DNA of 64,000 nucleotides from Marsupella aquatica (Eukaryota; Plantae; Marchantiophyta): contig OZ316892.1 in assembly GCA_973895155.1 (NCBI GenBank), forward strand, positions 10,520,283 through 10,584,282. Reading direction: 5' to 3'. This document shows, one piece after another, positions 11,102 to 24,682 of the stretch. The notes below the pieces were generated by a model. That model did not search any database and was not told the DNA's origin. It saw only the letters and a program-made list of their open reading frames with translations. The translations under genes and the position numbers were made by a program. Each line of letters begins with the position of its first letter. Position 1 is the stretch's first letter.

Positions 11102-14092
11102 AACTTCTTTGTACATGTAATTCAATTTTGTAGGTCACCTTCAACCATTCACAGATTCTGTCACTTCAACCCGGATGTCGCCCATTGATGTCTTCTCGTT
11201 GCTCAATTGGGAATCGGCGGATTCTAATGTCGTTCATCCATTCAGGCTTTCGAGCATTTTCGGTATTAACAGTCCCTTTCTGGTCGGTTCTCTTGTCGTG
11301 CAAATGATTTTTACTTCAATGAAGCGGCCTTCTGGGATGGAAAAGCCTTCTGGGCTAATTTAATGGGAATCTCCAGAGTTGATTCGTTTTAATTTCAAAA
11401 TTGTTTCTTGCCAAGTGTTTATGTGAGAAGAGGAAAGTCTTTGTCAAATTCCAGGTTTTGTGGATTGATACTTTCCCTCCCCGAGTTGGGTACCAGTGCA
11501 GTTGGAGCGGATTTGGGAACTGGGTTGGGCTAGTTCAGCATTGCCATCTGGATCTTGTTGAAATGATGTAAAATTTGGTTCGATCACTGACCATTCATGG
11601 TCTAAGTACTCCTATATTCTGTTCAGCGTTCTTATTATCGAATTGGTTTTTCCTTCGACGAAGCGACCTCCTGGGTCGGAAAGGCCTTGGCCTCTTCTCT
11701 TGTGCGAAGAATAAGAGACGAATCACGGTAAATTATTTTGGAGCTGCTCTTCGAAATGGAATGCGAGGGAAGTACGAAACTCATTCTCAAAATCACGATG
11801 ATTCATCTGTTAGGGGTACTGAAAATTTCCTGCTCGAAGGGAGTACAAGTGCATATAATCTGTAATTGGGAAAGGAGTTGGGTGACTCCAGGTTTGCTAC
11901 CGCGATCTATTTGGAGCTGTAGGTAAGCTTCGTGGCTGTCTTGGATTTGGAGCTGTACCTGATGTTTTCTGCAATCTTGAAACCTTGGGGGGCTCTGCAT
12001 AATGTTTGTTGCACACGGGTATTTAGTTCCTCTGTTGCTGAATTTGGTAGAGATCGTGTGGATTAGTCGATTGTTCTTTGGTGTATGACATCAATTCAAC
12101 TAAATTCCGTGGACACATCAGTAACCTGGGAAGAGCTTGTGTTACCATTCTACTGGCAGTTCCCAGATCATTGTACATTGCAGAAGTCAATTTACAAACG
12201 AGTAACCTTCAATTGAATGCAGCGGCTTAGGTGATTACAGTTTTTAGACATTACCGCTCGAGTTTTGTTCTGGTCTAATGTGCGATTTTGATTCTCACAT
12301 GTGATCTAGAAGATTGAATGGCTCTACTTGCAAACTTAGTCTAGTGACCATTTTAAAAGTGAGCCACGGGGGTTATTCTATACTACTGCGAGGCCGCCTA
12401 AGCCTTGTGACAAACTGTACAAGTACGCTTCAGTCTGAGAAGGTTTCTTCATTTCCATCTGTTTTTCTTCTGTCTAAGTACGCTTAAGTCGGAGAAAGGA
12501 AGTTTTGGGGAATGCTTTCTGCGCTTGCGAACTGCTTCTTCATTTCTGAACAAGTGTCCTGCTGATGAGCACTAGAAATTGGTTAGAACTAAGTCAAGCT
12601 CAAAGTACTAACGTGTTACCGTCAGTAATGAAGGGCAAATTCATATACTGGCAGCAATTGGCAAGAATGTAACACGGACGGGCAAATTCATATACTGGCA
12701 GAAAAAGGCAAGAATGTAACAGACGGTTTAATGTAAACTTCGACCGTCTATCAACAGTGTGCTGTCACTTATGCACCAGCTGGTGCCTGAAAACGGTAAT
12801 GTACGTTTATACGCTATGCTACATATATACTCTGTAATGCTGAGGAGCTCACAGTAAAAGAACTGCGAAGACATCGCTACTTGAAACACACAAACCGGGA
12901 TGGAAATGCATGATTGATTTAAAATCGCGCCCTTCTCACGTACACAGACGAAGCCATCCGGATCCGGCCCCTTTGAGTGCTTGAACCATGCTCCCATGTA
13001 ATCTCGGCCACCCCTTGGCAGATTCTGTCCAGATGCAAGCTTAGGTTCGTATCTTCATGTGTAGAAGTTCCTCACTATCACAAAAGCGCTTGCCACATTG
13101 GTAGTCCAATTCCAAATCACGTCCAAAGCCATGATGATGAATGAAAACTGATGCTCTCATGGAACTCCAGCTGTCAGCCAGACAGTCTTGAATGTTCCTT
13201 CTCTTAATTGTCTAGAATGTTTCATTCGTATCTACAATTGGAACTCGGGAAAGAAACATTCAAGACTTCGTACCTCGAACTCCAGGTCTAGGACGGTTTC
13301 GGTCTCACCCTCAGAAGAAATAATATTTTTTTAAGGTACGAAAACCACTGAAGCTGTCGTGAGTAATATCGCATAGGGGATAATGGTCTTAGCTGGCCAC
13401 TGCTTTACGAGAGTCCCAGGTGAAAAGGACATTCATTCTCACAGTTTCCTGTTTTGAACTAACTTTTTGAACGTCTACTCAGTGGTTTACTCGATATGAA
13501 GCATACAGCAAAATAACAGAAAGAGAGAACCTGCTAAGTCAAAAGAGAAAAGTGCAGCAAAAGAGTTCAGGAGACGACAAACATGAAACTCAAAAGGAAA
13601 GCGAAAATGCAAATCCCAGAAACCTAGATTGATTCCTTCCCTTCAGAACTCAGACCCACCACCATCATGGCCAGCCGCACGAGGCACACACCAAACAGCT
13701 GTGGGTGTTCCCTTTTCCACCAGAGCCAAAAATATAGGAGCGAGGCGACCACGTGCATGAGCTTTCGGTGAGACAGCGGGAGAGAAGAACCCCGGAGAAC
13801 AGTTGGTGCCAAGAGATTGGGCCAGGGAGCAAGCTTTGCCTAATTGCATGCATGCGATTCAACTTCAGCAACCCCATCGAGTATTGGGGAGGGGTCCTGA
13901 GCGTGCATTCGTACTTTGTTTCAGAGTCCGGTCTCTGCTGTGTGTGAAATTTGAAGACATGGTGCTATCGAATTTTGGTTCTAGGTGAAGAGAAATCTGA
14001 GGATTAGAAATGAGAGAGAGATACCCAATTCTAAATAAAAAATAGATCCGAGAATTGGATTCACATCGTTATATTCTAATCGAGGAGAGATC

Positions 14093-14096
<4 letters not shown>

Positions 14097-14145
<49 letters not shown>
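14097..14145. repeat. (GA)n microsatellite
   Basis: About 24 perfect GA units, ending 7 bp before the ATG at 14153. Confidence 0.95.
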
Positions 14146-14147
<2 letters not shown>

Positions 14148-14152
14148 CCAAC

Positions 14153-14485
14153 ATGACGTCGGTGGATCAGGCAGGGGTGCAGCAGCAGCAGGGGAAAGGG
14201 AGGTTGCAAGACCAATCCGGAGGAGTATACATTAGCGAGAAAGGCTTTGGCAGGTCCTTGTCTCAAGGAAGGTACTATTCACCTCAGGCTCATAGCGCCT
14301 TCTACGCACCACAGAGGAGCTTCAGGCAAAGGCAACAAGCGGTGGGAGGTGATGACTTTGTCATCGACGAAGATAGCCATCCCGAGAGGACAAAGAGCAG
14401 CAGAGGAGGGAAGTTCGCGGCCTTTCTGGCCCTATCCTGGGTTTTCTCGTGGCCTTGTCATGGCCCTTGCTGGGGCAGCTCGTGA
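14153..14485 (+). CDS. Putative small protein of unknown function (110 aa) with a hydrophobic, Cys-containing C-terminus
   Basis: ATG in a good context (AACATGA) after a GA-rich leader. The ORF is GC-rich, has a Gln-rich N-terminus and ends FAAFLALSWVFSWPCHGPCWGSS. No family was recognised. Confidence 0.45.
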   Translation: MTSVDQAGVQQQQGKGRLQDQSGGVYISEKGFGRSLSQGRYYSPQAHSAFYAPQRSFRQRQQAVGGDDFVIDEDSHPERTKSSRGGKFAAFLALSWVFSWPCHGPCWGSS

Positions 14486-15154
14486 TGATGAACTGGAACC
14501 CTTCCCTACAAAATGTTTCTGAGTCGGCTTACATCATTCTTTCTACTCTGTTGGAGACGCTTTCATGACACAACGGACTCGATCCGAGGAGTCCCTCGAA
14601 TGATCGGATAATCACGAATCGTCTCCGGTCATCATCCATTGAGTAGAAATGTGACATTTATCCGGAGTTTTGTGACTGACCGACATGGGCTTATATATTT
14701 TCGTTGATAATATTTTTAGAGCAAGGCATTGTTAGCTTCTGCCGTTTTGAAGTGTGAGGGAAGAGCTGCTATGTCTTGTGGCTGTGGATACCCAAGTCTG
14801 GCATCAATTGAAGCCAATGTATATAATACGGTGGTGGGCTCACCGTCAGGACTATCTATGTACATCAAGGGGCGTCCTGGGTGAAATCAAAATTTGTTCA
14901 ATCTCCAACTCTTCATGGATTCTCTTTGTTTGCTTCTATTGTCGCACAGGACCAGTTTACAAGACATGTCATTGGAAGTGCACTAGTAGTGAATGCAACT
15001 TTGTAAGTCGATCACGTTTGTCCACTAACGAAGAATATAACGGTAGCTCGTTCTGTGTAACAAAAGGCGTCAGAAATGACGTTTCTGCTGTTTTGCTTGA
15101 TTGTTGGGTCTCTGAAAAATACAGAAAGTATGGATGTTTTGATCCATTGGTGGT

Positions 15155-16000
15155 TCAATTCAAGTACCGTGTGATGTCAATTGAAATCAGGAGATTAAGA
15201 GTTATTGGGAATGGTTCATTGATACTCCCATCAAAGTTCCGTGTGATGTAATTTCAAGTCAGGGGTGTTATTGGAATGGTTGACTGATAATGCCCTCTCT
15301 GATCAGTATCTTTGTTGATTGAGTATCTTGAACTCCTTGGACTTAAATAGACTCTCAAGTATAATGAGCATCTACAATACATCGGCTACCTAGTTCCGTA
15401 ATTGCTTAAAGAATCACAGACCTAGATATGAACACAATTTCGAAAATTAACATTTGGTGAATGAGTGGTAATTCCAGCCCTGAAATACATCATTCTGCAC
15501 GTTTGTGCACCGGCGACCATTAGAAAAATTCCAGTTTTTACTAATGACAGCAGTATACACATTCACTTGAAAACACTACGACTACCTCTACTGAAATTAA
15601 GCAAGCTCTCGATAGTTGGGTCTTTTTGGCAACGCACAAAGTATGGAAAATTGATCTGTTGATGCATTGAAGGTGCAAGTACGTGTGATTTAAATTGAAA
15701 TTAGGAGATTAGGTGTAACTAGAATCGTTGACTGATAGTCCACTTTATTTCTCATCAGCATCTTTGGTGTTTCAGTATCTTTGACTCCTTTGGGCTGATT
15801 AGACTCTTGACTACGATGAAAGAGCATAATGTATCAGCTAGTAAGCGAGTCCCATAGGTTCATTACCAAATCACGGGCCTAGGAACTTAACATTTGGTGA
15901 ATGGGTGGCAACTCCAGCCCTGCATGTTTTTGCACCAGGCACCAACCATTAGAAAATCCCCGCAAATATTCACATTCACCTGAAACCACTACATGACTCC
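15155..16000. repeat. Local diverged tandem duplication (~450 bp unit plus a partial third copy)
   Basis: caagtac.gtgtgat...aattgaaat.aggagatt occurs at ~15161 and ~15676, with a partial copy at ~15235. taacatttggtgaatg.gtgg.aa.tccagccctg occurs at ~15448 and ~15888. Confidence 0.7.
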
Positions 16001-16647
16001 TACTAAATTCAGGCACGCTCTCGATCCGCAAATCCTCCCCGTTGCTCCACTCGATCACGTGCATCATATTTGTCATTCTCCAGACGGCAATCTCCATCAG
16101 ATTGGGTTCTCATCTCTACATTTCGCAGTTCCTGTCCTGCCAAGGGTTGTCAGAAGGGAAAGAACCTCCCGACAATTCCTCATCTTCTTTTCTTGGGCAA
16201 GCTGGCTGCAGAAAAGATCGATTCTCTAAAATCTGCGAAATGGACAGTCACCAGAATGGATCAAGCATAATTATGTGCAACACAATAATCTCCTCCATCT
16301 TTCAAACTTAGAAGTAAAGTTAGTGTATTTGCTTTGTGGGTGGGCATATTTGGTATTTCTCTCGATCAGTTCTCACATTCTTCAAAGAATTTGGTGTCCT
16401 CTTTCGTTGGCTGGAAATGCCTGTCCAGACGAGCCCTGTCATCCTTCTATCTTTTATCAATGTCTTCAGGAGTGGGCTCCTCGCCTTCAACAGACTGTCA
16501 TTTGACGGAGCTGGATTTCTGTATCTTTGTAGCTCTTTTGGGCTCTCGTGTAGCCGTTTTTTGGTATTCTTGGACTGTCAATTGAATTCATTCAATCTCT
16601 ATGATTGTAGGGATTCGTGGACAGTATCTGTGTGATACTCTATGTGT

Positions 16648-16714
<67 letters not shown>
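16648..16714. repeat. Compound (CT)n(CA)n microsatellite
   Basis: Directly visible in the sequence. Confidence 0.95.
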
Positions 16715-19700
16715 GTTGTGTTACTCTTAATCTAATAGCGAGAGATGAAAGCTATTTCATGGGCATAGGGTCCTGAGTGAAACCTCTAGGCCTGAACTCT
16801 ATGTGAGGACATTACTGGAAATGAGGGTGCAGACAGGGATCGGGACAAAGATGAATGCGAAATAAAGGGAAATCATTATTCTACAAGGTTTTTGGTCTCA
16901 TCTCTGTTTATGTTCAAGAAACGGGTAATCAGGCTAGTTTAATTAAAGGCAACTTGCATATGCTTAAGGTGTCTCTATTCCTCCTTTTTCTGGAATTTGT
17001 GAGTGTCAAATGAATTCATTCAATCTCTATGATTGTGGGGACGTGGACAATATCTGTATAAATCTGTACAAACTCTTGTCCTAGGAGTTTTGGTAGGACT
17101 TCTGCCACCTTTCCTAAACAAGATCAAAGTCCTAAATAACGACTCTGGCATTGTTTACGGGGATCCTGATATTCCTTGTTTATTGCCTATTAACCCAAAA
17201 CCATCAGCAAGGGGAGCATACGTATTTTGCTAGGGGGAGAGGGGAGAGGGGAGGAAAATCCTGACCATGCAAATCTGCCCACACAACTGGCCAGAGACCT
17301 CAAGGTCAGCAAAGTTTGCATTCCTACGAAAAAAATCATCAAACAGATGGTATGTTGTGCATTTCCAGATTGGCTTGCGGAAAAAATATTGTTTTGGGGG
17401 AATTTCTTTCTCTTGAGACAGAAGTCAAGGAGAAAGAAATTGCCCAAAAACAACAAGCGGCTTGCATCTTCTTTCCTTTTTGGGCCCTCTCAGTTGAGGA
17501 GGTGGGTGCAGTAAGTAACTAAAAGACAAATTAAACAGCACAAGGTATTATACACCTAAGTTCGAGTTGCTGTATATGTGATGATTGATACATCCTAATT
17601 TAGAATCTGGCGGGACCCATCATCAGCAGTTGGATAGGTTACAACTTAAAAGTGTTTCTCCTATAATAGGATATACCAAAAGCATATATGTTTTGAAGGA
17701 AAAGGTTGACTATATTGAAAAATCTGTCTTGCTTCCCTAACTACCTTCCTTCTCACCTCGTTGAATGAGTTTTGAAATACGCCAGTCCAGGCTCAACATT
17801 CCCCCCATGGGACCCATTTACTGCCTGTGTGCCCTAGCTCGCTGCCCTCCCACCCACCTGCCTGTGCTCCGTCTTGGTGCTGCCCTTGGTACTGTGCCCT
17901 AAGTGGTCGAGGCGTGCGGCCCGACCCTGACCAGGCCTCTGATTTTGCTATTTGCACAAGTTTTGCCTTCCCCACACTTGCACATGCAATTTTTTGCATC
18001 TAATCTTCCACACGGAGCATGTTTTCACAATGACAACATGGCCGCAATGACAATTGCACAGAGCACGAGCATTGGGTTAATTAAGATATAACAAAAATGT
18101 CACAATGATGCTCTATCTCTAATTCATCAAAGGGATGAAGTGTAAAATTGTATTTAAACTGGATTAAGTTCATAAAAGGTTTATTGAAATCCAAGATAAT
18201 TCTGATATTTTCTCAGATAAACCCTACTCTTCCAAACATGTTGGTTTGAGAAAATTTACTTTTCTGGGCAAGAATCAAATAAAAAATAATCAGAATCTTG
18301 CCAAGTAGATGAGAGCTTCATCGCAGTTGTCAAAGATTTTTGTCTCCAATAGTCTTAGCCACTCAAATCATGAATGGGATTCGGCTGAAATCCAAAACCA
18401 GCTCGCAAAGCATGTTAGCATACAGTGTTCGCCACTGATGTAAGATAAATATCTATTCTCGAGTATCATAAAAGCATCATACATAACCTAATATCCTAAA
18501 AAAAGTGTCATGACATGGAATTAATCTGAGCATGAAGAAAATTTGGTGGGGTCAGCAAGGACGCATCACTGAGGATGTTGTCATTTTCTGCGCAAATCCA
18601 ATTCTATAATTGGATTTTTAAGTAAATGGCTCGGGCCCACAAGTTAAGATGTTCCCTGACAACGTTCTTAACAATGTTTTGCTATTTAATGGGTGCTTTA
18701 CGAAACAATTTGGGCTGTTGCATACATTGAAGTTAAAATGCCCAAGTGTCATGTCTTAAGATAATGAATGCAAAGACCCTGAATAGAATGCTGCTTGGTT
18801 CATTCGTTTAGACCACCTCAAGAGGAGGAAAAAGTTATTTACCAAAAAAATGTACACATCAGCAAACCAATCCACAGGGTGATGACTATGATGGGTTTCT
18901 TTTGCCTGATTGGGCGCCAAGGTCATTGTAAAGTGCAGTCTGACTGTTCCACATTTGAATGGCTAGGATTGTATCTGACACATAGAATAAAAAGAATTGC
19001 TGCAACGAGTTCTTGAAGAGGCCTTCCTAAATCCTAAGGGAAATTTATAGGGGCGTACACCAATGGGTCAAGCAGGGGACCTACCACGAACAAGAGAGGA
19101 TTCCTCTGGGTCCCAAACTGGACAACTTCCCTGTGTAGAAGGGGGGTTGAACCTGTCTTCAAAGGGGGTCCCAGGCCTATCCCCTTGCCAACTGAGGTTT
19201 TGCAAGACTTGAGCAACCAGTAATCTTTGCTTTAGATAATAATGGTATTACTAGAGAGGCAAATCCAACTCTAGTGAATCACAGCCATCCACAAATTCAC
19301 AATAAATACATGGAGTCTCTCGCGCATGGAACTCTTCCTTGGCGAGGTCGCTCGCAACGGTTTATGTACATTACCTATTTTTCTATTCTATGGACGATAG
19401 GTGTCCTCACAGGGGGTCGATTCTAGTGCATTTGTAGGACCCCAGATGACAAGCGAGTTGCCTGCAAATAAAGCAAAGGCTTTCTGGAACTCAAAGGACA
19501 CAAGAAAGTAAGGTATATTGCCTAGGCACAGACTAAATTTGTTGGCAACGTGGTAGATTTTAAGGGTTTTTCCCTTGCATGAGAAGCAAGTATAGTTAGT
19601 ATCCAGTAATGTCCTGTTTGCTGGCAGAATGATACTGATACCCTGACCAACTGGCTGATGCTCATCGAGGTGGAGGGGCAACCTATTTGCATATATGGAC

Positions 19701-22579
19701 AGAAATTTGCATTCATTTTCATGTCTCGTTAGTAGAATCACTGAGCTTGCTAGAATCTTGTTTTTTTTAACCTCGTCGTTATACCAAACAACAGCCAGCA
19801 GAATCAAAGCCAGCAAGTGCCACAAAAAACAACAGAAGATCCAATTGATCAGCGAGAATCACTATCAATGTAGGTTAGTAATAATTGCAATAGACGAACT
19901 GCATAGTCGATGAAAGATCCCTTCATAAGTACAAGAGAGATGATGATTTCCTGCCCAGGACACCCAATTGACCATAGACTACAAAACTGGAAGAATGATT
20001 CAAGGAATATCATAGATGAAAGATCCGTTCAGACATACAAGAGTGATAACTTCAAGACACAATCAGAGAGGGACAAAGACCAATTTGCTGAAAAGAGCCA
20101 AACAAAGTACAATGGAGTTCAAGCAAATGAGGTCTCGAGGGGTCTAGAGACGACAAACGTACATGAAACTCAAAGGAAGAGGGAAATGCAAACCATAAAA
20201 TCCTTGAAAGAAGAAAAAACTAACAAATAAACTCTATGAGTGCAATAGTGTAATGATCAACGGTCTGCATCTAGAGTAGTGTCCTAAGTAAGTCTGCAAG
20301 TGGGACAGTAGATAATGAATTCCAAGGAGGCAAACCTCAGCTGAGGCTCACTAGATGGCCCACTACTAGACGATGGATATATCCCTTGGGTGTTAGCAAC
20401 ATCACCAAAATCCGCCAATGGAAGTGTGTTGGTCCCGTAGGACCAGCCCATGCACGAATGCCCTAAGATGCGTGTCAAACTTATCAAGCTAATGATGGAG
20501 TCTCCCCAATTTCTGAATTGCAAGGAGGAGGAAGTTATCTGATAACATTGCTCATGCTACATATTTTCCCTCGTGTGCTGTTGCCGCCCACTTCATTGTT
20601 GCCCATAACATGATTTCAAACTAAGTAGGGTGTTTTTGATCTCATTCAACTGATTTTGGCAAAATTGATGAATTCTTTTCCCAAGTTATGGTGGTTTAAC
20701 ATAGTTTTATTCTTCCATTGAAATTGGGAATGCATAAGGACTGTGAGTAATGCAAGGAAAACTTTGGGGGTCTCACTATGTGAAAACTCCGGCGTGAACT
20801 GTATCAAGGGACCAAAGGTGACCTCAGCAATAGCGTCCCCCCTAGACCCCTATGACATCACAAGGTTTGCCAGATGTACGTACAAGAAGTAGGTAAGCTT
20901 AGGAGAGGTGTTGCGATAACCCACATTTAAAAGATGCATTGATGGTCATTGAGAATTCCCCTGAAAATATCTTCCCATGATCAGGGAGGGTTGGATTGGT
21001 CTCTCAACCAGGGTTGGATTGGTCTCTCAACCAACTCCCTGTGCCCTTGACTCTTGAAGAAAGAATCCAAGCTGGGTCCCTTATAGCTACCTCTACAAGG
21101 ATGCTAGATATTAGGGTGAAAGTGTGCATATCCTTGCCTAGGTCAGTTTAAAGATGAACAAAGTTCAGGGACAAAACTCTTAAAATGAAGGTAACATAGC
21201 TCAAAGAGGGTCTAGTACCATGACCAAGTTTAGACTCTTAGATAAACCTGAAATGCTAGGGATCCCTTCTTGACCTCCATGAAAAATTTAGCCAGAAGAT
21301 GAAAGTAAAGAACTCGAGGTCTAAGTATTATTGTTGAGCAACCTAGCTGCTAACAATGAGAATGCCACTATGTCACTCTTCATGTATAATATGTCAAATA
21401 AATATAAAGATATATGAGACATCAATTAAATATTATTTGAATGTAATTTTCAGAATAAATATTATGTGAATAATGATAAAAATAAAACACTATAATAAAG
21501 GATAAGCAAATTTTAAACATAAATTCATGTTGAGTTAGAAGGGATCTAGAAAAAGAAAATTAAAACATTAGGGTTATTTTAATCCAATTTTGAGAAATAT
21601 AAGAATCATAGAGTTTTTTAAAATCAAATATGAGAATATTCCAAGAATATTCCATTAAGTTAGGGGTAAAAAATTCCTAAAAAACTTTATTGACTTAATT
21701 TTTAGGGTGTTTATTCCCCCAAAACTTCGAGCATGATATAGGACACCCCTTGGATTGAGGCCCCCGAGCAGCAATGTGCTCGAGGAGTAGGTAAAGTACA
21801 CTTCCATCAATTGAGAGTGTCTAAACTTTTTACCATTTGGGTTGTCTTTGATCATGGAATGAGGATGGGTAAATCTACAACTATAATATCCAATCCCGCC
21901 TTTTTTTGTCCTTCCTCCCATTACAAAATGTATTTTGGGCGGGAATGATCCACAACCATTAGATTTTTTGCAAGTTTTTTTATACCGTTCGATCATGGAA
22001 AGGAGTCCATTAACATTAGACATCAAAGAACAGAGGTGTACTAATACAAAGAATAATAATAAAATGTCTTGACAAAGATTATGAAGGAGTACAATGGACT
22101 TACTAGAGAAGACCACTCCATGATTGTCCTTGCAAGTACGACTGTCCTTGCCAGTACACTCTTCCCCTCCTCAATCCTCATGAGCTTGTCCACTATTACC
22201 CTCATAATTATAGGGAAGGAAGAGTACCATCCAGGATACAAGAGGACATCTATTATCCTCACAGGGTATGATTCTAAGTATGGGAGAGACTAGAGAGGAC
22301 GAGGACCAAGGAGAGACAGAGACTCAAGTGGAAAAGTAAGGGAGGGGAGAGAGGCCCAAGGAGAGAGAGAAAGAGAGGCTACAAGACAAAAAAAGTGGAT
22401 AAAGATAATGAAAAAACAAACAAAGAAAAGTAAACAATTGAAGAAAATTAAAAAATTAAAAATGTAGGAAAGGAAGGGGGGGGAGGAAAGAGTATCCTAT
22501 TTTTAATTTTTATTCAAAGGATGAACGAATTTTCATGGGCAAAAGAGGAGCGAGCATCAAGGAGTTTCTTTATTGTAGA

Positions 22580-23045
22580 TGACACCTTTTCCACAAACAT
22601 CATTTTTTACACAATATAGTCTTTGCACAATGACATATTCTCTACAATAAAAATCTTTCACAAAACATCTTTTCAGCAATGACATTTTTCACACAAGGAT
22701 GTACTTTGTTCAATTTCAAATTTTTGGCAAACAATATTGCTTTTGGATTGACACTTTTTTTGTGACAACATATTTTCAACAATGAAATCATTTATAGAAC
22801 AACATTTTTGGAACACCTTATTTTCCCCAAATGACATATTTTGCCCAATGACATCATTCTTTTCCGTAAACAACAGCTTTTTTGCAATGTTATCTTTTTT
22901 TGCAAATGACACCTTTTGTGCAAATGACATCTTTTCTGCATACAACATCTTTTCCGCAACGACATCTTTTTTGCATACGATATGTTACACATTGACAATT
23001 TTTGCGCAACAACATCTTTTGTGCAACGCACAGGTATTGAGCTAG
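22580..23045 (+). mobile_element. Non-autonomous Helitron 3' end with subterminal GACATCTT-type degenerate minisatellite (5' end not located)
   Basis: Hairpin TGTGC-AAC-GCACA, then GGTATTGAG, then CTAG|T at 23042-23045. The same terminus occurs at 40545-40569. Confidence 0.7.
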
Positions 23046-24039
23046 TCTATTATATTAACTTTCATTGTGCTAGTAATATTAGGGCTTGTGCTTTTTCATT
23101 TCTCTTCCTTCTCTAGTTGACTTGCTGGTGAAAAACTAAAAATTATCTTAAGGCTCATAACCATCAGGTTATGAGCCCAAACCTCCCATGGACCACCCAA
23201 TTGACCACCAAAATATATGTGGTCCACAGGAGCACTAATGGAGGTCCTTCTTCAGTTTTTGACAAAAGTTCAGAAATCCAATACTACAAAGGTACCTTGT
23301 CTCAGGCAATTTAATAAAAATACATATTAATTAACCAAAGAAAAACTAGAACCATTAAACCATGAAATTTTTCTAGAATCTAATAACTAAAAGATGCACC
23401 TTGTCTAATGCAAAACGGAAATAAAAATACACACTAAATATCTCAGTAGACAAAACAACCTGAGTAGTTTCACCAACAACTAAACACCAAAATTAGGACA
23501 ACGTAACCTGAATAGTCTCGCTAACAAGGTGACACCTAAATCAAGACGAAGTAACCTTTGCCCCAAAACACAAGGCATGCAACATCACAAATATACTTTG
23601 AAGCCGAGTAATGTAGTGTACCAAACAAGGTAACACTAAAATAGGACAAAGCAACCTGAGTAGTCCTCCAACAGGATAACACCAAAAATACGACAAAGTA
23701 AGACAAAATAGTCCTTCAACTAGACAACGCCCAAATCTATAATTATGTCCCAGGCAAGGTAGCACTAAAAATGAGTAATCTGAGCAATCCCCAAACAATT
23801 GAACACCATTGAAATTATTCTTGGAAGCTCACACTCCTGCTCGCACTCGTATGGACCACTATTCAATCGTATGCATCCATGTCTATCGCGCTAGCCTCGA
23901 AGTGCTGTTCCTACAGTATCTGACCATCAGCACTTGGGTACAGATTCAGTGTAGCTTGCACATAATTATCTCCAGTCGTTCCCAGCTTCCAATGAAGGTG
24001 TCAAACTATCGAGGATTTGTCATACTCTTCAGTCCTAGC

Positions 24040-24590
24040 TTAGAATTTTACGTATGGGGGTCCGTACCTCCCACGGACTGATTCTGGAGCTACACTGTTC
24101 GGCCACAGTTTAGAATTTTACATGTATCCCACAGACTGATTCTGGAGCTACACTGTTCTGCCACAGCTTAGATTTTACCTATGGGGAGTTCGTATCTCCG
24201 ACAGACTGATTCTGGAGCTACACTGTTCGGCCATAACTTAGAATTTTACATATGGAGGGTCCGTATATATCTTCGATAGACTGCTTCGATCTGGAGCTAC
24301 GCAGTTCGGCCACAGCTAAGAGTTTTACATAGCGGGGTCCGTATCTCCCACAGACTCATTCTGGAGCTACACTGTTCGGCACAGCTCGGAATTTTACATA
24401 TGAGGGGCTCCGTATCTCCCACAGACTAAGTCTGCAACTCCACTGTTCGGTCTCAGTTTGGAATTTTACATCTGCGGGAGGTCCGTATCTCTCACAACCT
24501 AATTCTGGAGCTACAGTGTCCGGTCTCAGATTAGAATTTTACATGTGGGCGGTCCATTATCTTCCACGGACAGATTCTGGAGCTACAGCA
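24040..24590. repeat. Minisatellite, ~8 diverged copies of a ~70-bp unit, just downstream of the CPS/KS stop codon
   Basis: Approximate unit TAGAATTTTACATATGGGGGTCCGTATCTCCCACAGACTGATTCTGGAGCTACACTGTTCGGCCACAGCT. Copies start near 24040, 24111, 24168, 24238, 24317, 24387, 24460 and 24532. Confidence 0.92.
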
Positions 24591-24682
24591 GGATTTCAGA
24601 TTTACCAAACGATCAACCATGATCACGCGGAGCATCGATGCACCGGCCGCCGTGAGAAAGGTTGCTTCAGTGTGCTCAATTC

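Noticed and set aside
10112-11125. Antisense/overlapping ORFs on eIF3i, the LINE ORF and the DnaJ leader (41098-42379)
   Set aside because: These are shadow ORFs of real coding or GC-rich sequence with no recognisable domains.
13790-13930. Possible miRNA precursor in the leader of the orphan ORF
   Set aside because: No match to conserved land-plant miRNAs that I recall, and no extended fold-back visible by eye.
18100-19020. Stop-riddled coding-like stretch (also 63200-64000)
   Set aside because: No recognisable motif in the frames examined. It may be decayed TE sequence but cannot be supported without a search.
24040-24590. CRISPR-like array (conserved block alternating with more variable block)
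   Set aside because: The variable parts are homologous to each other rather than unique spacers, the context is eukaryotic and there are no cas genes. It is a minisatellite.
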